64,000 bases of DNA from Myxococcota bacterium (GCA_039028615.1 JBCCHT010000023.1:144849-208848), one strand, 5' to 3'. Counted from the stretch's first letter, positions 27,558-37,687 are shown. Program-made: numbers and translations. The notes: generated from the sequence alone by a model not told the origin.

Positions 27558-28949
27558 TCAGCCGGGGTCGAACACCGACAGCACCGACTTCGAACCCGGT
27601 TCGAGCACGACCGTGTCGATATCGACGTTCGGGTTGCCCGGGTCGTTGAGCGTGAGCCCCAGGTTCGGGCTCACCAGCTCGATGCCCCATCGGGGTCGTC
27701 CCGGCCCCTTCGATCGCCACGCTCGCCAGCGCTTGAAGTGGAACCCGGGGTTCGGATCGGAGATCACGCTGAAGCCCTCGGGCGGCGAGTCGGGGTCGTT
27801 GCGACGGGCCACGAAGACCTTGCTGCCGAGGTACCTCGTGGACAAGGCGAAGACCCCGTCTTCGCCGGGCAGGCACTCGACCTTGAACCGCTGCTGCTCG
27901 GTGATCTCCGCCGTCGAGCCCAGCGCCCAGGCCTGGAGTCGCTGACCCGGACCGCGACCGGTGAGCCATCGATTCTGGTTTCGCATGCGAACGGCGATGG
28001 TGCGGCCGTCGAGGGTCTCGCAGAAGTTGGGCGAGTAGAGCACGCGCAGGGCCTGCTGGTCCGCCGCCGTCCACTGGGTGCCGTTGCCTTCGAAGTTGGT
28101 TGCCATGATCGACTGCGTGGCCGCAGCATCGTCCGCCCGAATGGAGAAGGGCACCTGCAAGGGCAGCGAGCCAGGGGTGCACTCGCGGGACTCGTTGGTG
28201 TCCGAGGCCCAGCCGCACCAGTCGGTGTGATGAAGTCCCGCGGTGTGCCCCAGCATGTGCATCATCAAGTTCGTGGCCTGCGGCACGTCGAGGCTGGGCA
28301 CCGTGCAGGCATTGAGCATGATCGTGCTGCCCGCCCGACCGCTGGCCGGCATGTTCGCGAACGCGTGCTTGCCCCCGGGCACGGGTGAGGAGGTATCCAG
28401 CGTGATCTTTTGTCCGTCGCCGCTCGAGCACCAGCTCTTGGCCACGAACTGCAGCCCCAGCCCCAGCTCGGCCGAGTTCCACGCCGCGGTGGCGTTTTCC
28501 AGGCCGACCCGCAGGGCCTGCCACCGATGAACCCCGGCAATGTCGCCGAGCTCTACACAGACCGAGGTCCGCTCGCCCGTCTGGTTCAAGTGATCATAGT
28601 CGACGTCGATGGTGTTCCAGTCGCCGCTTTGGCGGCTGACGAAGTGGCGAAAGGCATGTCCCTCCCCGCCCTCCGACCCGCCGTGCCCGGCCAGCGTGCG
28701 CGAGGCGTCGAGACCGACGATGGCGTCGCCCCCGAGCACGACCCGCGACTGGCCCGCGAGCGTCATCACCTCGAAGGCATCGTCTTCGAATCCCGCGGTA
28801 CGAAGATTGGCCACGATCTCGTCCGTGACCTGCGTCGCCTCATCGGCGCTCGCAGGATCCGAGGTGGTATCGCAGCCACCCAAGGTCAGCACGAGGACCA
28901 CCGCTCGCACGGCGGTCCTCTGTGGAGATCGATCATCGGCTCTACGCAT
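27558..28949 (-). CDS. M57-like metallopeptidase homologue (HExxH Glu replaced by Met) with C-terminal beta-rich domain; lipoprotein
   Basis: Lipobox LGGC; EIVANLRTAGF prodomain-like segment; HMLGHTAGLHHTD; SIM Met-turn; fascin/beta-trefoil-like tail. Confidence 0.7.
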   Translation of the reverse strand: MRRADDRSPQRTAVRAVVLVLTLGGCDTTSDPASADEATQVTDEIVANLRTAGFEDDAFEVMTLAGQSRVVLGGDAIVGLDASRTLAGHGGSEGGEGHAFRHFVSRQSGDWNTIDVDYDHLNQTGERTSVCVELGDIAGVHRWQALRVGLENATAAWNSAELGLGLQFVAKSWCSSGDGQKITLDTSSPVPGGKHAFANMPASGRAGSTIMLNACTVPSLDVPQATNLMMHMLGHTAGLHHTDWCGWASDTNESRECTPGSLPLQVPFSIRADDAAATQSIMATNFEGNGTQWTAADQQALRVLYSPNFCETLDGRTIAVRMRNQNRWLTGRGPGQRLQAWALGSTAEITEQQRFKVECLPGEDGVFALSTRYLGSKVFVARRNDPDSPPEGFSVISDPNPGFHFKRWRAWRSKGPGRPRWGIELVSPNLGLTLNDPGNPNVDIDTVVLEPGSKSVLSVFDPG

Positions 28950-29264
28950 ATCGTCTAACTAGTCGCGCGTAGTCCGGCTCACTATTCACGGCGCACCTGG
29001 TTTTCGGCGCTTCAGCGGGCCGCGAAACGGATACCCGAGCGCTTCCGCCCGCGTCGTGGGGAGCCCGATGAAAAGAGGGCGCAGCGCTGAATAGAACCCG
29101 TGGGGGTAGGTGACTACACCGTTGCAAGCGGGGACGAAGGCCATGAGGGCCTCCCCCGGACCGAGTGGTCCGTCGGCGACCTCGCTCCGAAGCGAGCGGG
29201 ATCGCAAGCGACGAAGAGGGCGTAGTCACGGCGAGGCTGCGCAGAGTTTTTTCGAGGAACAACG

Positions 29265-30449
29265 ATGGTCGTATCGAACAGAATGTGTGGTCTGTTGGCG
29301 CTGAGCATCACTCTCGCGGCATGCGGGGGCGACGATGAACGAGGCTTCGGCTCGGGAGAGTCCGGCATCAATACGGCGGGCGCTGCCGACGAGACCGGAG
29401 TCGCCACGGGCGACGGCGGCGAGGACGAGGTCGAGACCATGGGCGCCGACGGGACCGGCGGCGACGGAGCCGAGGACGAAGATACCGGCTACATGCCCAA
29501 ATTCGACATCGGACCGGGCAATACCGGCACCGGCGAAGAAGAGGAGTGCGCCGAGTTCGACGAGCAGGCCGAGCTCATCCCCGTGCCCGCCGACATCATC
29601 ATCGTCGTCGACAACTCCGGCTCCATGGGGTTCGAGGCCAGCGAGGTCCAGGCCCGCCTCAACGACTTCTCCAATCAGATCATCGCCAGCGGCGTCGACG
29701 TCCGCGTGGTGCTGATCTCCAGCTACCCCGACGACGGCAACGGCATCTGCATCGACGCCCCGCTGGGGAGCGGCGGCTGCCCCAACTCCGACAACGCTCC
29801 GCCGACCTTCACTCACGTGGACGAGGAAGTCGGCAGCCACGATGCGTGGGAGCGACTGGTCGACACCCATGGCCAGTGGTCGAGCGTGATCCGGCCGGGG
29901 TCCATCAAGCACCTGGTGGTCGTCACCGACGACACCTCGCATACCGACCTCGACGAGTTCACGGACGACTTTGCCGCCCTGAGCCCCGACTACGTGGACT
30001 ACGTGCACCACTCGGTGGTGTGCCACTCGGACTGCGAGAGCGCAGCGGGCATCGGCGAGAACTACATCAACCTCTCCAACAACACGGGCGGCGTGGCGGC
30101 CGACCTGTGTGACCAGGACTTCCAGGCGGTCTTCGACGTGCTCACCACCGAGGTGATCGGCGGCAGCCAGCTGTCGTGCGAGTTCCAGCTCCCCGAGCCC
30201 CCCGAGGGCTTGGAGTTCGACCCCGACGAGGTCAACGTGGAGTTCGACGACGGCATGGGCGGCGTGCTGCTCATCGGCCGCGTCGAATCGGCGGCCGAGT
30301 GCGAGGCCGTCGCCGACGGCTGGTACTACGACGATCCCGTCGCACCGACCTCCATCATCATGTGCCCGCAGACCTGCGAATCGTTCCAGGGCTCGATCTC
30401 TGGATCGGTGAACTTCGAGCTCGGTTGCGCAACCGTACCCGCCGGCTGA
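29265..30449 (+). CDS. VWA domain lipoprotein
   Basis: SD GAGGA; lipobox LAAC; IIIVVDNSGSM MIDAS motif; VVVTDD. Confidence 0.85.
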   Translation: MVVSNRMCGLLALSITLAACGGDDERGFGSGESGINTAGAADETGVATGDGGEDEVETMGADGTGGDGAEDEDTGYMPKFDIGPGNTGTGEEEECAEFDEQAELIPVPADIIIVVDNSGSMGFEASEVQARLNDFSNQIIASGVDVRVVLISSYPDDGNGICIDAPLGSGGCPNSDNAPPTFTHVDEEVGSHDAWERLVDTHGQWSSVIRPGSIKHLVVVTDDTSHTDLDEFTDDFAALSPDYVDYVHHSVVCHSDCESAAGIGENYINLSNNTGGVAADLCDQDFQAVFDVLTTEVIGGSQLSCEFQLPEPPEGLEFDPDEVNVEFDDGMGGVLLIGRVESAAECEAVADGWYYDDPVAPTSIIMCPQTCESFQGSISGSVNFELGCATVPAG

Positions 30450-30549
30450 TGCCGGTGGCGAGGGCTTTCGGGCCGGGGCGGATCCTCCACACGCCACCCT
30501 CAGGATCCGCTCCGGTTCGGAGCCCGCGATAAATTCGAGGAATGTCGTC

Positions 30550-30978
30550 ATGCTTGCCCTACGCTCGACCCAGTCGGATCTGCTGCACGAATCGTGGGCG
30601 GAACGCATCGTCCCCGTGGCTCTCGGATACGCCCGCCGCTGTCATGCGCAGGCGCTGACGGGCCTGGACGAGCATGAGCGAGAGCACCGGGTGACCGTCG
30701 CGCTCGAGCGCGGCTGGGCCTACGGCCTCCGCTCCGACCGGGCCCGCATCGCCTTCGTGGGCCTCATGCTCGAGCTCGGCCCCGACTTCGATCGACACCC
30801 CGCCTTCGCAGAGCGGCTCTGCGAGCCGATCGTCGATGGCGACGAGGACCGCTTCATTCGTCGCCTCTGGGACGAGGTCTCCGACGAAGCCTGGATCGAG
30901 GCGTGGTCGACCCCGCACGGGGACGGCTGGACTCGTCGCGAGTCGCTGCCGACGACCGCCATGGGATTCATCTCGTGA
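30550..30978 (+). CDS. Hypothetical protein
   Basis: SD GAGGA; ...AYGLRSD...LMLELGPDFDRHP; coupled to the lipase by a GTGA overlap. Confidence 0.7.
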   Translation: MLALRSTQSDLLHESWAERIVPVALGYARRCHAQALTGLDEHEREHRVTVALERGWAYGLRSDRARIAFVGLMLELGPDFDRHPAFAERLCEPIVDGDEDRFIRRLWDEVSDEAWIEAWSTPHGDGWTRRESLPTTAMGFIS

Positions 30979-32132
30979 AGATCGCCCCGCTCGCGACCCT
31001 GTTCGCCACCATGCCCGTGGCGGGGCAGGCCTTCACCCCGATCGCTCAGACGAGGCCGCACGCACCGATCGCGACGCCGCCCGGCACCTCGCGGTTGATG
31101 ATGGGCAAGCTCTTCGACCAGGAGATCGCCCCGCAGTTCTCGGACGATCGCAACCCGGCCCAGCGATGTGGGACCAAGCCCGTGCCCACCCGTGGGCTGG
31201 GGCGTGGCTCCGATCCCGAGGGCCCGCGCATCCCCTGGCTGCGTAATCGGGCGGACGGCGAGGGCGTCTCTCCGCTGATCGAGGGCGCCAGCCCTCCCGC
31301 GGGCCGGGAGTCCTTCGACATCACCACCGGTCTGGCGCGGCTCATCTACGAGCCCGACTTTCGCGAGGCCATGGGCGGCTACGATCACCTGGCGACGCTG
31401 TCGCTGGCCGACCACGACCGGGTGTCTCCTTCGCGCATCCACGAGGGCTCGGCCGTGCACGCGGTCACCGACAACATCCTGCTGCTGCGCAGCGTGGAGC
31501 GAGCCCCCGACGGGTCGCGCTATGTCCATACCCGGGTCGTGTTCCGCGGCACCGACTTCTCCGATTCCCGCGACCGTTCGGTGGACCTGCACTCGTTCTT
31601 CTCGTCGTCGATCACCATGCCGCTGGGCGAACCGCAGGGTCGCTCCGTCGAGGTCGGCCAGGGCTGGGTCGAGCGCTACGAAGAGCACCGCGCCGCCATT
31701 CGCCGGGCCATCGACGAGGATCGGGCCGCCGCGGTGGCCAATCGCCTCCCGCACCACATCACCTTCGTCGGGCATAGCCTCGGCGGGGCGGTGTGCGTGC
31801 TCGCGGCGACCGACGAGGCCTGCCGCCACCGCCGAGAGCGACGCGGCGATCCGCCGATCCACGTGGTCGCGCTGTCCCCCGCTCGAGTGGGCTATGGCCA
31901 GAAATTCGGCGCGCTCGCGCTCGAGCTGCAGGACGCCGGTCACCTCGACGGCGTGCAGGTGCGGCAGAGCTGGGACCCGGTGTCCTCGGGCCCGCCGGGA
32001 GCGCGGGAGCCCGAGGTTCCGCTGGTCGAGCTGCGCGGCGTGGCCCCGACGCCCTTGCAGGCGCTCGACAACCACGACGTCGACCACGTACGCAACCGCC
32101 TCGGCACGGTGCTCGACGGCGGCAAGCTCTGA
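30975..32132 (+). CDS. Lipase class 3 (alpha/beta hydrolase)
   Basis: VVFRGT, GHSLGG nucleophile elbow, DPV (Asp), NH (His). Confidence 0.8.
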   Translation: MKIAPLATLFATMPVAGQAFTPIAQTRPHAPIATPPGTSRLMMGKLFDQEIAPQFSDDRNPAQRCGTKPVPTRGLGRGSDPEGPRIPWLRNRADGEGVSPLIEGASPPAGRESFDITTGLARLIYEPDFREAMGGYDHLATLSLADHDRVSPSRIHEGSAVHAVTDNILLLRSVERAPDGSRYVHTRVVFRGTDFSDSRDRSVDLHSFFSSSITMPLGEPQGRSVEVGQGWVERYEEHRAAIRRAIDEDRAAAVANRLPHHITFVGHSLGGAVCVLAATDEACRHRRERRGDPPIHVVALSPARVGYGQKFGALALELQDAGHLDGVQVRQSWDPVSSGPPGAREPEVPLVELRGVAPTPLQALDNHDVDHVRNRLGTVLDGGKL

Positions 32133-32254
32133 ACGTCGCGGCGCAGGGCGGCGCAACCAACGAGAGCGTGCCGCCCAGACACCGTCGGTGGAGGTCCGTG
32201 GCGTGACCGCGAACTTCACCGACCGTGTCTGAGCGGCACCGAAGCTGCCCCCGG

Positions 32255-32878
32255 CTACGAGCTGTGGGCTCGAAAGGGATCCGAGCGCCGGAAGATGAGC
32301 GTGACTTCGTCCATCTCGTCCGAGTACTCGGGCGGCGTGCAATCGAAGACGACGGCGGAGGGAATCGGGGGTGGCTCGCCGGGCTTGCGCGCCGACGAAC
32401 TCCGGCGACTCGGGCCCGGCATCGAGGTGACCACGGTGCGGTCGGGATCGGAGACCTCGTCCCAACCCGCCGCCAGACGCACGAGCTCCGCCGCCGCAAT
32501 CACCTCGCCCGACTCGATCAGCTCGGACGCGAGGTCCTCGGCGAACTCGATCGCCTGGGTGCGCGCCGCGTTGGGCGTCTCGGTCGCGACGGTGGTGGCA
32601 AACCCGCGACGTAGGCACACCGTGGCCGCCCGACGCTCGTCGGCCAGCCGATACGCCCGAGCCCACATCAACATCGGCGCGATGGACCGCGGCTCGAGCT
32701 CGTCGGTGAACGCCCGCGTGCGCGGGAAGACCAAGCCGGGGTTCGTCGACGCCTCGGAGGCGAGCAGGCTGGTCGGGCCGTGGGTCATCGTCGTGACCAA
32801 GGCCGAGCTGTCGGCAGCATCCGGCCGCCCCCAAGTGAAACCGTCGGGTCGGGTGGGCGCGCAACGTTGTCGATCCAT
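32255..32878 (-). CDS. Hypothetical protein
   Basis: Plausible ORF with helical middle and acidic C-terminus; start uncertain. Confidence 0.5.
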   Translation of the reverse strand: MDRQRCAPTRPDGFTWGRPDAADSSALVTTMTHGPTSLLASEASTNPGLVFPRTRAFTDELEPRSIAPMLMWARAYRLADERRAATVCLRRGFATTVATETPNAARTQAIEFAEDLASELIESGEVIAAAELVRLAAGWDEVSDPDRTVVTSMPGPSRRSSSARKPGEPPPIPSAVVFDCTPPEYSDEMDEVTLIFRRSDPFRAHSS

Positions 32879-32932
32879 CGCGGGGTAAGTCACCACCGTC
32901 CGGTCGATCTATTCAGCCTCCACGGCCCCGAT

Positions 32933-33532
32933 TCAGAGCACATACTGGCAGATCTTGCTGGTGGGCGAGCACGTCATGGATTCGGGGCAAGTTCGGTCGT
33001 CGCCACAACGCAAGATGCAGTGGGTGGGCTCGAGCAAGCAGCCGCGCTGACCCATGCCCATGTTGCCGCAGCGCTCGCCCTCCACCGTGCAGTCGGAGTT
33101 GTCTTGGCAAGACTCGGCACTGCTGAAAGGGTTGGTGGCGCATCGGCCCCGCGCATCACCATCGAAGCCCGAGGGGCACGTCGGCGAGCCATCGCCCGAG
33201 CACGCGGGGATGCAAACCCAGCCCTGCATGTCGAAGGTGATCGGGCCATGGAAGCCCGGCGGACACTCGCCCCCGCCGTCGAGCGGGGTCGGACGCGGGT
33301 AGTCGGGATCTTCAGGGAGCTCCACGCCGCCGTCCCCCGACGACGAGGGCTCTTCGGCCTCCCCCGTGGTGCTCGCGTCGACCTCGTCCGTGGTGGTCTC
33401 GTCCTCGGGGATCGACGTGGTGGCCAGCCCGCTCTCGCTGATGAAGACCTCGCTCGGCACCGGCTGCGGGCCACAACCGAGCAGCCAGCCCAGCGCGAAG
33501 GGAAGCGACGAAAGTAGAGTTCGGGTCTTCAT
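32933..33532 (-). CDS. Small Cys-rich lipoprotein
   Basis: MKTRTLLSSLPFALGWLLGC; Cys-rich C-terminal half. Confidence 0.75.
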   Translation of the reverse strand: MKTRTLLSSLPFALGWLLGCGPQPVPSEVFISESGLATTSIPEDETTTDEVDASTTGEAEEPSSSGDGGVELPEDPDYPRPTPLDGGGECPPGFHGPITFDMQGWVCIPACSGDGSPTCPSGFDGDARGRCATNPFSSAESCQDNSDCTVEGERCGNMGMGQRGCLLEPTHCILRCGDDRTCPESMTCSPTSKICQYVL

Positions 33533-33923
33533 CACGGTGCGCGTCCACCCCCGGGCCACGACCACCGCCATCGCAGCGGTCGTCGGCGCTCGATGTATCG
33601 ACGGCCGATCCACCGCCCGTGGTCACCTCGCCGTCGGCGCTCGGGCTTGGGCCTCCACCGTCCGGGCTGGTGTCCCCTGCGGTCGAGGCACCGTCGCTGG
33701 CTTCCCCATCGCCCGTCCGACCCCAGCGAGGTCTCATCATCGTGACCGCCAGCATGAAGATGACGACGACAATGCCCCGCGATCGAGTGCGGCCTGCGAG
33801 GGAGCTGGTTCATGGTTTCGCTGTGAGCGCCGAGGAGGGCGCTCGAGTGGGGAGTCACCACCTCCCGGGTCGATCATTCATGGTTTCTTCGATTTGTCGT
33901 CCGACGTGGGAAGGCGACGCCGA

Positions 33924-35159
33924 TCAGCTCGCGTCGCGCTCGTGCACCCGGGCCAGCCCATCGAACACAAGCTGGACCCACCGCGGGTCGCGGGCGCCCT
34001 TGAAGCGGTAGCCGTTGACGAAGAACGTCGGGGTGGTCTCGATGCCCATGCCCCGCGCTCGACGGATGCTTCGACGAACCTCTCGCTCCGTGTCCGGATC
34101 GTCGAGACACGCCCGGAACTCGTCCTCAGGCAGCCCCAGCTCCACCGCGTACTCGACCAGCTGCTCCGGCTGGAACGCGGGTTGGTTGCGGAACAGCAGC
34201 TCGCCGTACTCGAAGAACGCGTCATGACGATGGGCACACTGCGCCGCCATTGCGGCCGCACACGCGCGCGGATGGGTCTGCTCGACGCCCGGGTTGCAGG
34301 TGGAATCGAGCGGGAAGTGCACGAACACCACGCGGACGCCAAAGGAGGTCTGCTTCAGGTACTTGCCCACCGCGGTCCACAGCTGGAGGCAGAAGGGGCA
34401 CTCGAAGTCGGCGAGCTCGACCACCGTGAGCGGAGCATCCGCCGGACCCATGCTGGGCAAGCCCTCGAGGTCGAGATCGATGGGCTGTTCGTCTTGCAGC
34501 ACCCGTTCGAGCACCGCCTCCGCGATGCGATCGAGCGCCTGGGCGCGACGATGTTGATAACCCCAGTAGCCCGCGGACACGCCCAGCACGAAGATGGCGG
34601 CAGCCACCGCGCCAGGGCGCCCGACGACGCTGCGCAGCACTTGCCGCACCGACCCGCCACGGCCGACCCGCCACGCCGCGAAGGCACACAGCGCCATCGC
34701 GACGTTGATCCCGTACCAAGCCACGCAGAACGGGCAGAACGAGCGCTCGATGAACGAGAAGGTGCCCATGAGCATCGAGGCCATCAGGCTCACCATCGCG
34801 AGGCCGAAGGCGAGGTTTCGCCAGGGGTCGCGCGCCGCGGCTCGGTGGCGACGGGCCCTGGCCGCGACGATGGCGGTAGCCGCCGCTCCTCCCAAGCCAA
34901 TTACGGAGACGGGGATGCCCGCGAGGTCGCCGAAGCGCCCGGTGGTGACGGCACAGCCGTGGGTCGTCAACGCGCCGCAGACCTTACGAAGCTCCGAGCC
35001 CGGGCTGAACTCGTAGTCGACGTGGATCATGGTGAGGTACCAGCCGTTGACCACGCCCAGCATGGCCAGGACCACCACCGCCCCCAATAGGATCCCGCGC
35101 CAGCGTTGCTGACGAATGATGGCCGACGAAAGTTCGGTTGGCGCCGCTCGGTCTCGCAT
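33924..35159 (-). CDS. VKOR-DsbA (thioredoxin-fold) fusion
   Basis: VKOR loop cysteines and CPFC in the TM region; second CPFC in ADFECPFC; HFPL, TPTFFVNG. Confidence 0.88.
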   Translation of the reverse strand: MRDRAAPTELSSAIIRQQRWRGILLGAVVVLAMLGVVNGWYLTMIHVDYEFSPGSELRKVCGALTTHGCAVTTGRFGDLAGIPVSVIGLGGAAATAIVAARARRHRAAARDPWRNLAFGLAMVSLMASMLMGTFSFIERSFCPFCVAWYGINVAMALCAFAAWRVGRGGSVRQVLRSVVGRPGAVAAAIFVLGVSAGYWGYQHRRAQALDRIAEAVLERVLQDEQPIDLDLEGLPSMGPADAPLTVVELADFECPFCLQLWTAVGKYLKQTSFGVRVVFVHFPLDSTCNPGVEQTHPRACAAAMAAQCAHRHDAFFEYGELLFRNQPAFQPEQLVEYAVELGLPEDEFRACLDDPDTEREVRRSIRRARGMGIETTPTFFVNGYRFKGARDPRWVQLVFDGLARVHERDAS

Positions 35160-35432
35160 TGTTCACACCCTCAGGGGATCTTCCCCTCCCAGTCTTCAGT
35201 CACCCCACGGACCCATCCTCATTCGGGCTCGACGCGGAATTGTCGGAGACGCGATGGCCCTCAGGAGCACCTCGCAGCGGCTCGTAGGAGGCTTTTTTCG
35301 CCCACTGTCACGATAACCTCGCACCGGGCTGAACAAGATCGGGCAGAGCCCGTGACTGAAAGATTGTGTGCATGACCGGAGCGGAGCCGCCATCCGGAGC
35401 ACGAAGAGAATCTCCACGAGAAGGAATAGAGG

Positions 35433-36386
35433 ATGGATAGTTCAGCACGAAACACGAAGAAACCGACCCGGCGCTACTCGATCGTAGGCCAGGCCCTCGC
35501 CGCCACCCTATGCCTGTCCGCATACAGTGCGTGCGACCAGGGGCCCGAGGACCGAGACCTGCTCGACGACCTCGATCGCGGCGACGGAGACGAGTGTCCC
35601 GTCTCGGACGTGCCGGTCGCATTCCACCGCGCAACGTTCAACTACTCCACGTGGGACTATGAGTTCGGCTATAGCGATGTCATCGGGCTCAAGGGAGCCC
35701 CCGTCGATACCGACGAGGGGCGATGGGCCAGCCTGCACGATGGGAATGACGCCTATGTCTACTTCATGAACGATGGCGGCACTGCGCTCCACCAGTTCCG
35801 CTACGCAGAAGCCGATGATGATGGCTTTGGCGGGGGATTGGGCGGCCTGCCCGGCTTGGGCGGCTTCGCGTTGCCGAGCTTCGAGTATCAGCGGACGATC
35901 TCGTTTTTCGGCTATCCCAGCGATGCCGACAAGTCCAGCTTCGCCATGCTGCACGACGGGGGTGCCACACGGCTGTACTTCCTGAACAACGGCAAGAATC
36001 AGCTCATCCAGGGCGCGCTCAACCCCGGCTCCGGCCGCTTCGAGTACGGTCACAACTCGATTCCGAAGATGACCATCGCGGACATTCCCGGCGACGCCGA
36101 CTGGAGCGGATGGGGCATGCTGCACTCCGGCGACGAGTATCGCCTGTACTCCCTCGGTGCCAACGACGCGAAGATGCACGAGTATCTGTGGAGCGACGGG
36201 GCCTATCGAAACCTCGACCACTTCGAGCCCTTCGACATCACCAACCACCACCCCGATACGGTCCGCGGTGACTTCGGCATGCTGCACGGCGACGGCGAAT
36301 ATCAGCTGCTGATGCACATGACGGTCCACGAGCACCCGGGTCTCCCGGACTTCCCCGGCTGCGACGGCCCGCTCTGCTTCGAGTAG
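35433..36386 (+). CDS. Putative lipoprotein with four internal MLHxG repeats
   Basis: SD AGAGG; signal ending YSAC; WASLHDG, FAMLHDG, WGMLHSG, FGMLHGD. Confidence 0.75.
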   Translation: MDSSARNTKKPTRRYSIVGQALAATLCLSAYSACDQGPEDRDLLDDLDRGDGDECPVSDVPVAFHRATFNYSTWDYEFGYSDVIGLKGAPVDTDEGRWASLHDGNDAYVYFMNDGGTALHQFRYAEADDDGFGGGLGGLPGLGGFALPSFEYQRTISFFGYPSDADKSSFAMLHDGGATRLYFLNNGKNQLIQGALNPGSGRFEYGHNSIPKMTIADIPGDADWSGWGMLHSGDEYRLYSLGANDAKMHEYLWSDGAYRNLDHFEPFDITNHHPDTVRGDFGMLHGDGEYQLLMHMTVHEHPGLPDFPGCDGPLCFE

Positions 36387-36407
36387 GCACCCAAGACGGC
36401 ACGACTC

Positions 36408-36451
36408 GGCCATGCCCTCCGCTTCATCGTCGGAGGTGCATGGCCTTTTTT
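36408..36451 (+). terminator. Rho-independent terminator
   Basis: GGCCATGC-CCTCCG...CGGAGG-T-GCATGGCC stem followed by TTTTTT. Confidence 0.8.
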
Positions 36452-36478
36452 CGTTCGTGATCACGAGGGAACGGACCC

Positions 36479-37423
36479 TCAATCGCGGCGTCGTATCGCC
36501 AGGGTGACGAGCAGCGCGAAGGCCCAGCCTCCGAACTCCGGTCGCTCGCCCACGCGACAGCCCGCCTCTTCGTCGGTGGCCGGCTCGAGCTCGAGGCAGC
36601 CTCCGTTTTCGCAGCCCGGCGGCAGCAGCTGGGCTCCGGTCAGCGTCTGCACCCACAGCAAGGCGGAGTAGGGCACGCCGTACCAGCCTCCCGCGCCGCA
36701 GGGGTTGGAGCCCCGCGAGGTGACGCCGGCGAGGCGATAGCCTCCGCGACCGAGCGGCACGACGGCCGCGCCCCCCGAGTCTCCGCTACACGTGTCGCGC
36801 TGTTGACCCCCGGCGTAGAACTCGATCCCGTTGTCCGAGAACTCGCTGATGGTCGTGGTCACCTTGCGCTTGAGCGGACTGGCCGCCATCTGCTGGTGGG
36901 GATCGTCGGTGCCGTACCCCGCGAGCAAGACCACGTTGCCGATCCGCATGGTCTCGTCCCACTCGCGGGGGTCGGTCAGCGGATGCAGGTAGCCACCCGC
37001 GGGCTCGTAGTCCCGCGGCAGCTCCACGTAGGCGAAGTCGTAGGCCTCCTCCTGGCACAGCACGCAATACTGCGGGTGAATGCCGAAGCCCTCGGCGACC
37101 ATGGAGTCCTTGGTGCCCCGCGGGCCGAAGCCGACGGTGACCGTCGCGTCCTCGTCGAGGTCATCGAAGCAGTGCGCGGCGGTGAGCACGACGCGAGGGG
37201 CGATGAGCGTGCCCGAGCAGCTCCCGTAGTTGGTGGTCAGCAGCACCACCGCGTCGAGCTCGTCCTCTCCCGCTTCCACCCCGCCGATGATCGGCACCGC
37301 GTCGGGCGGATCCGTCAGCTCGTCGGGCTGGGCCGAAGCCACGCCCGGGGCCGCCAGCAGGCCCGCCAGTGTCATTCCCGGCCACGCGCGCGCGCGTCCA
37401 ACCCATGCGCGTTGTCGAGCCAC
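36479..37423 (-). CDS. Trypsin-like S1 serine protease with MYXO-CTERM-like anchor
   Basis: IIGG, CSGTLIAPRVVLTAAHC, DFA, GDSGG; C-terminus GCRVG...ALLVTLAIRRRD; start uncertain. Confidence 0.9.
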   Translation of the reverse strand: MARQRAWVGRARAWPGMTLAGLLAAPGVASAQPDELTDPPDAVPIIGGVEAGEDELDAVVLLTTNYGSCSGTLIAPRVVLTAAHCFDDLDEDATVTVGFGPRGTKDSMVAEGFGIHPQYCVLCQEEAYDFAYVELPRDYEPAGGYLHPLTDPREWDETMRIGNVVLLAGYGTDDPHQQMAASPLKRKVTTTISEFSDNGIEFYAGGQQRDTCSGDSGGAAVVPLGRGGYRLAGVTSRGSNPCGAGGWYGVPYSALLWVQTLTGAQLLPPGCENGGCLELEPATDEEAGCRVGERPEFGGWAFALLVTLAIRRRD

Positions 37424-37687
37424 TCGTCGATGGTCCTTGCGCAATTCACGCTCATGAGGAGGCCCCGCGCTTGCTTGGTCAAACCCACCGAACCGTCGAC
37501 GCGAGGCCGGTTCGGGGCCGGGCCGCGGCGATGCCATACCGTCGTCGTTCGCCATCTCCCCTGTAGGTAACCCACCGCCGCCGAGATCATTCACCCCGAG
37601 ACAATTTCTCGATGCCGCCGAGTCACATTCAGCGACCACGGGTCACACCGTGCTTGGATCCCGATCAATCTGCTACGGTGTCGGCAC

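Noticed and set aside
33540..33815. Possible frameshifted lipoprotein remnant (hydrophobic stretch plus acidic Gly/Ser linker on the minus strand)
   Set aside because: No in-frame start with a lipobox and no recognisable domain; too weak to call.
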